Source of the DNA: Balanoglossus misakiensis
Lineage: Eukaryota > Animalia > Hemichordata
NCBI GenBank assembly: GCA_040954595.2
Contig: CM082588.2
Location: 9,408,844 to 9,472,843 of the forward strand
Reading direction: 5' to 3'
DNA: 64,000 nt
The notes below the pieces were generated by a model. The model was given only the letters and a program-made list of their open reading frames with translations, ran no database searches and was not told where the DNA came from. A program made the translations under genes and the position numbers. Numbering within the stretch: the first letter of the stretch is position 1; every line of letters begins with the position of its first letter. Below are positions 59,497 to 64,000 of the stretch, one piece after another.

Positions 59497-59991
59497 AAAA
59501 TACCCTACACACATGCAAGTACATCTAACTGTCTGTCTGACAACTTTTTCTGGTTATTTTTGGTATAAATAAAAAGATTTTAAATGGCAATGATGAGTAC
59601 ATGAGTTTAATGTTAGTCTTTGTGTTCGTAATCAACATTTGACATGCTAAGGATGAACATAATCAATGTTATTATACATCTGGCACTGAGAACAATAGAA
59701 TTTAGCGTGCAATAAAAAGCCGTACGGAACGGTACATATGGAACGCGTGTTAAATAAGTCTTGAGTTTCAAGGCGCCCCAACTCACCGTGTACAGGTATG
59801 CGTTGTTATGCGGACGGTTTCAAGACACCCCCACTCCAACGCACGTGCGCACACGTAAACAAAAAACAAAGATGGCTGCTCACTGAGTCAACTGAGCGGT
59901 TTTCAATCGATTGTATCGGCATTTTGGGCGTTTTGAAAGCCAAGTAACATGCAAAACAAGAACTAATGGAGATGTAAGATGTATAATAATA

Positions 59992-60120
59992 AGGTTATTA
60001 CGAAAATACCGCCAAGTATGCACTCGGACATTAGCGCAGCGCATCGCCCTCTGCTACACGTCGGGCGATACTCGGCGCTAATGTCCTCGTGCATACTTTG
60101 CGGTATTTTTGTAATAACCT
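59992..60120. mobile_element. Palindromic (foldback) MITE-like element, possibly Crypton-associated
   Basis: 58-bp imperfect inverted arms AGGTTATTAC..ATCGCCC / GGGCGAT..GTAATAACCT around a 13-bp spacer. Confidence 0.7.
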
Positions 60121-60507
60121 CATAATATTGAAATGAGAGGCATGTTATTGTACAATGAAAACAAATCAAGTATCACAGTACCCTGTGACATGCCTACTAA
60201 TACAGCGGTGCACTACCAATGCTACATTATCAAAACAGGTATGTAACACCCCTGTCATGTAACATGGCTGTTTCAACAGCGCTGTAACAGTGCTGTTGGA
60301 ACATGGGTGCTACAGTCCTGTTCCAACAGTGCTGTTACAGCAATGTTGGAACTGCCATGTTACACCCCTGTCTTGACAGTGGTGTTGCATGTCTGAACCA
60401 ACATGAATGTTACATAGATGCGTCTACTTCGCTGCTACATTACTGTCCACTGTTACTGTTACAGCAGTGATACAGTAATGCTGCATGCCTGTCACACTTT
60501 AGTGGTG

Positions 60508-60553
60508 TACATACATACATACATACATACATACATACATACATACATACATA
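60508..60553 (+). repeat. (TACA)n microsatellite
   Basis: About 11 TACA units followed by (AG)n. Confidence 0.95.
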
Positions 60554-60879
60554 CAGAGAGAGAGGGGGGAAGGACGAAATAATCTGTAGAACCACAGGTT
60601 GGTTCGGTTCCAAGACGTTTATACCTTACTTCCAATCCCATAATCCCATAATCATCAGTTGCCAAAATACAGTTAATAAAAGTGGGAAAAAAACTTCAAA
60701 TAACACCTGCGCATATTCAAGCAGATAATTGCGATTAGAGGTCAATTTATAGGTCAAATACCCAGTTTATACATGGCAAAGGGGAGTCCATTTCCATGTC
60801 CAAAATCTATGCACCCCCTCCCCGAGAAAGTATTTTCTTAATACCCCCTCATCCTGAGTTCGACTGTCCCATTTCTGTA

Positions 60880-61177
60880 TTATGAATCTGTTTGTTTCCT
60901 TTTTGGTAGTGGTGTATTGTCAATGACCTCATCCACAGTTCTTTTGTATCGGCTTGTGTTCCCTGTTACCGAATGTAGATGGTGGGACTTCTGGAGCCTT
61001 ATTGCATTTTCCTGATATCCAATGGCCCATACTGTTGGATCATTGTTCCCACCACTCCTGTGGCGATGTTTACTGAAGTGCGACTCCAGTGGGTCTTGAC
61101 ATAATTTTTTCACTGAGGAAGTACTCAACGCCATTCTGCAGCAGATATTTCGTTAATTAATTCAACGAAGGAGTTGA
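60880..61177 (-). pseudogene. Terminal exon of a P-element/THAP9-type transposase
   Basis: AG acceptor at 61178, then VNSFVEL..YFLSEKLCQDPLESHFSKHR..GGNNDPT..TPLPKRK, which is the QDxLE catalytic-E motif. One frameshift. Confidence 0.85.
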
Positions 61178-61185
61178 CTGCAAAA

Positions 61186-61298
61186 GAAAACAGGAATAAA
61201 CAGACACATTTTAGTATCACAGAATAATTCTGTGATACATTTTTAGTATCACAGAATAATTCTGTGATACTAAAATGTGTCTGTTTATTCCTGTTTTC
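61186..61298. repeat. Perfect 40-bp inverted repeat with a duplicated palindromic centre
   Basis: 61186-61225 is the exact reverse complement of 61259-61298. GTATCACAGAAT-A-ATTCTGTGATAC occurs twice. Confidence 0.95.
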
Positions 61299-64000
61299 CA
61301 AAAATGAGTATATTTCATGGTTACTCAAATCCTACTTCAATATTTTTCTTTCATAAATATTGTCAGTCGATCCTAACTCACGTTCGATCACTGTTATAGC
61401 TCTGAGCTCTATTTCCGGTTATGACACGAAATAGCGTTGTGCGCATACACCCGCCATATTTTAATGGTTTTCTTGTTGTAAACACATCTAAGGAACTATG
61501 TCGCGGTCCCAGTGTTCGTCAGACATGTTTATCATCCACATCCATTCGGAAAGGGCGATTTTATACCATCAGCGATTATGCCGTTTTGATGAATTGATCG
61601 TTAAAAGATAGGTAAATCTTTTAGCTAGACATTGCTGCATGTTATCAGTCGCGTCCCACCATGGTCAATGTTGCTGTAATGGGCGCCGGTCGACTATGTT
61701 AAGAGTCAGTTCAGTTCCGTTCATGACCATCTCGCATTTAGTTTTAGACACCAGGCAAATTTACTGTTACTTGTTGTCTGTACTGTTGGATATTGCAACG
61801 AAATGAACTATGTTTGCATTCTTAACCGGGATTGATTAAACGTCTCCTGACATTATTACAAGGATATCGCTATGTGTCTAAGCATCCATTTCTTGTGTTT
61901 AAATCATGAGTGAACGTGTTTAAATATAGAAGCTGATCGTCTTTGTATGTGCATTTAAAGGCCAATGATAATTTATTTGCCAGTTGTTTTTCGTAGAGGT
62001 ACGATATTTCATGGTAAAAACTGCAATTTCTCAATCGTGCTACATCTGGAATGTACACTGAGTCTGAAGCAAAGGCTTTGTCATTGCAAAATCAACATTA
62101 TTTGGAAATTCTTAAAGCAATTGAATACAAAATAACTAACTTAAATCATGAGCACCACCTCTGTAAATAGTGTAGGTGGGAAGTTTTTTAAGATGTAAAA
62201 ATAATCTTTTATCTAATATTGCTTCATTTATTTTCAAGCAGAGAAAAAGTGTGTTTGTGTGTGGGGGGGGGGGAGCAAGAACTGTTAATTAATATTTAAT
62301 CCATCCATCCTTGTGGCAAGCTTGGTACATACAGAGAACTGTAAGGTAATATTTTAATCATCCACCCTTGTCACAAGCTTGCTGCATCTTTGGTTCTTTA
62401 ATCGATCCAACCTTCATACAAGTATGTTACCGTTTCACTTCCAACCTTGTCTAAAAAGTATGTAGCCAAGGGTACAGCAAGTGTGGAATTTTATCGCTCT
62501 ACATGCTTGGTGCAAGCATGGAAATAGACCATGTGTCAAGGTTGTGACATCTTGGTGACTTTCGTAAGGGATTATCGTCAATGAATCTGGATAGCGGCGT
62601 GCCATATTATACACTGGTGGTGCCAACATAACAAAAATTGAAATGTTTACTAGAGTGGAAGATGTTTACTACTTCGTGGAAAATACAAAGTCAGGTGAGT
62701 GTGTCTCAATTACACACCAAATCTGAGAAGTTTGAGCTTGCTTTGTTAATTCTGAGGACTAAATAATGAGGGGTGTCCCTTTTGCAGCATATGTTTTTAA
62801 AAGTAATATGTTGAATACGTCATGCATATTTATAAAATACACAACACAAAATACTTTTTGCTACATTAGCCATTTGATTTATAATGAGAACTGAATTGCA
62901 GTGCACTTTAACTGATTGTAACTACTGACTTCACATATGGTTTTAGAATATCTCTATAAAATAATTTTATATTTTTGTTACGTTTATCTAGTGATCATGA
63001 TTCATTCTTATTTCTGTACATACAAAGTAATTTTGTGTAATGGATATTGACATCTTTACTAGCTATTTTTCTCTTTTTTATTAATTTCAATTGCAGTTTT
63101 CAAAAGGGAAACTAGTTGTAACTTGTAGCTGTTTTTAGTTATTTCAGATGAATCTTGTTCTACTTACAAAGGCATGCTCTTAGTCTGCTACATGTATGTT
63201 GGGCAAATTTGTGTCGATGTAGGTGATGACAACTTTTATTGCCACCGCAAATTCTGTCAAGTCATCATAACTCCATGCCTGTAATACGTACAAATAAAAA
63301 TATGTATAAATTAATAAGCACACGAGGGTACTATATTCCTTTTTGTAAATAATACACAATTTTTCATGGTTGCAAGATAGACAACACAAGGTCACGTGGC
63401 ATCAGAAAATATTGAATAACATTTTTTAAACTATGCCATGATGTCATCACATCTGGTCAGATTTGACTCTATCCACAGATACATGAAGGGAAATTTCTAT
63501 GTGAAGTTTATTCCATTGGCTGCATTCTTATGTTTAGTAAACTTGACATTGCTCAGGCAACTGCTTTCACAAATGAGTCAATCTTAACACAAACAATTAA
63601 AATAGATATAACACAACTCATCGCTAGGTAACTCAGAACAACAAGCCTGGTCGACAAAAATCTACAGGATATTTAACTACATGTAGTAACTTTATGGAGG
63701 GAAAAAGAAACTTGCACAAATTGTGTGGACACTGGAAATGCACAGATAATTTACTGTGTATTCCTAACTATATTCCCACACATTATACTTAAACTTACAT
63801 TTTCTGCCACTGATAATAAACAACTACCTACTTCTGGCATGTTCAAGACACACAGTGCAGCACCTGAGAAATCTACTGTTTCTCTCCTGATTTCCGACAT
63901 ACTAACTTCCTTTGGCACCAACAGCACAGCATAGCTTTTCGTATAATGCAGGCCAATGAAACTTTCCTGTATTGGTGCATGGCTGTCATCTACTGTTTTT

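Noticed and set aside
1-64000. Uni-strand piRNA cluster
   Set aside because: TE coding relics lie on both strands (about 8 minus, 5 plus). A dual-strand cluster or plain heterochromatin cannot be judged without small-RNA data.
61400-64000. Short ORFs at the right end as further P-transposase exons or a host gene
   Set aside because: No recognisable motifs or consistent splice phases were found; left unannotated.

Overview
This is eukaryotic, intron-containing, AT-rich DNA. It probably comes from a marine invertebrate (inferred from the TE repertoire and the (TACA)n tracts). It is almost entirely nested transposable-element DNA, and I found no recognisable housekeeping gene. The only clearly intact element is a 9.3-kb Ty3/Gypsy LTR retrotransposon (11906-21203). 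It has apparently identical 1450-bp LTRs, a TACA TSD, a tRNA-Lys(CUU) PBS and one gag-pol ORF that starts with an RRM. It sits in exon 1 of a reconstructable multi-exon DDE-like transposase gene (21464->6804) carrying a RING finger, a zinc knuckle and a herpes-DUB-like cysteine protease; a TTAA Kolobok-type MITE also interrupts that gene. Other relics are two RAG1/Chapaev-type transposases, a SAP-SWIM gene, a Helentron-type HINE with 239-bp repeats, a pogo transposase, a Ngaro-like tyrosine-recombinase retroelement, P-element-like fragments, a Penelope-type hammerhead ribozyme, a 5'-truncated LINE and a CMC-like transposase. There is also a hAT-like transposase ending in a Spindlin-like Tudor domain. 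Upstream of it lies an ~11.9-kb satellite of 53/63-bp units built from motifs that recur, inverted, in the flanking DNA. All family assignments come from motifs recognised by eye, not from database searches.
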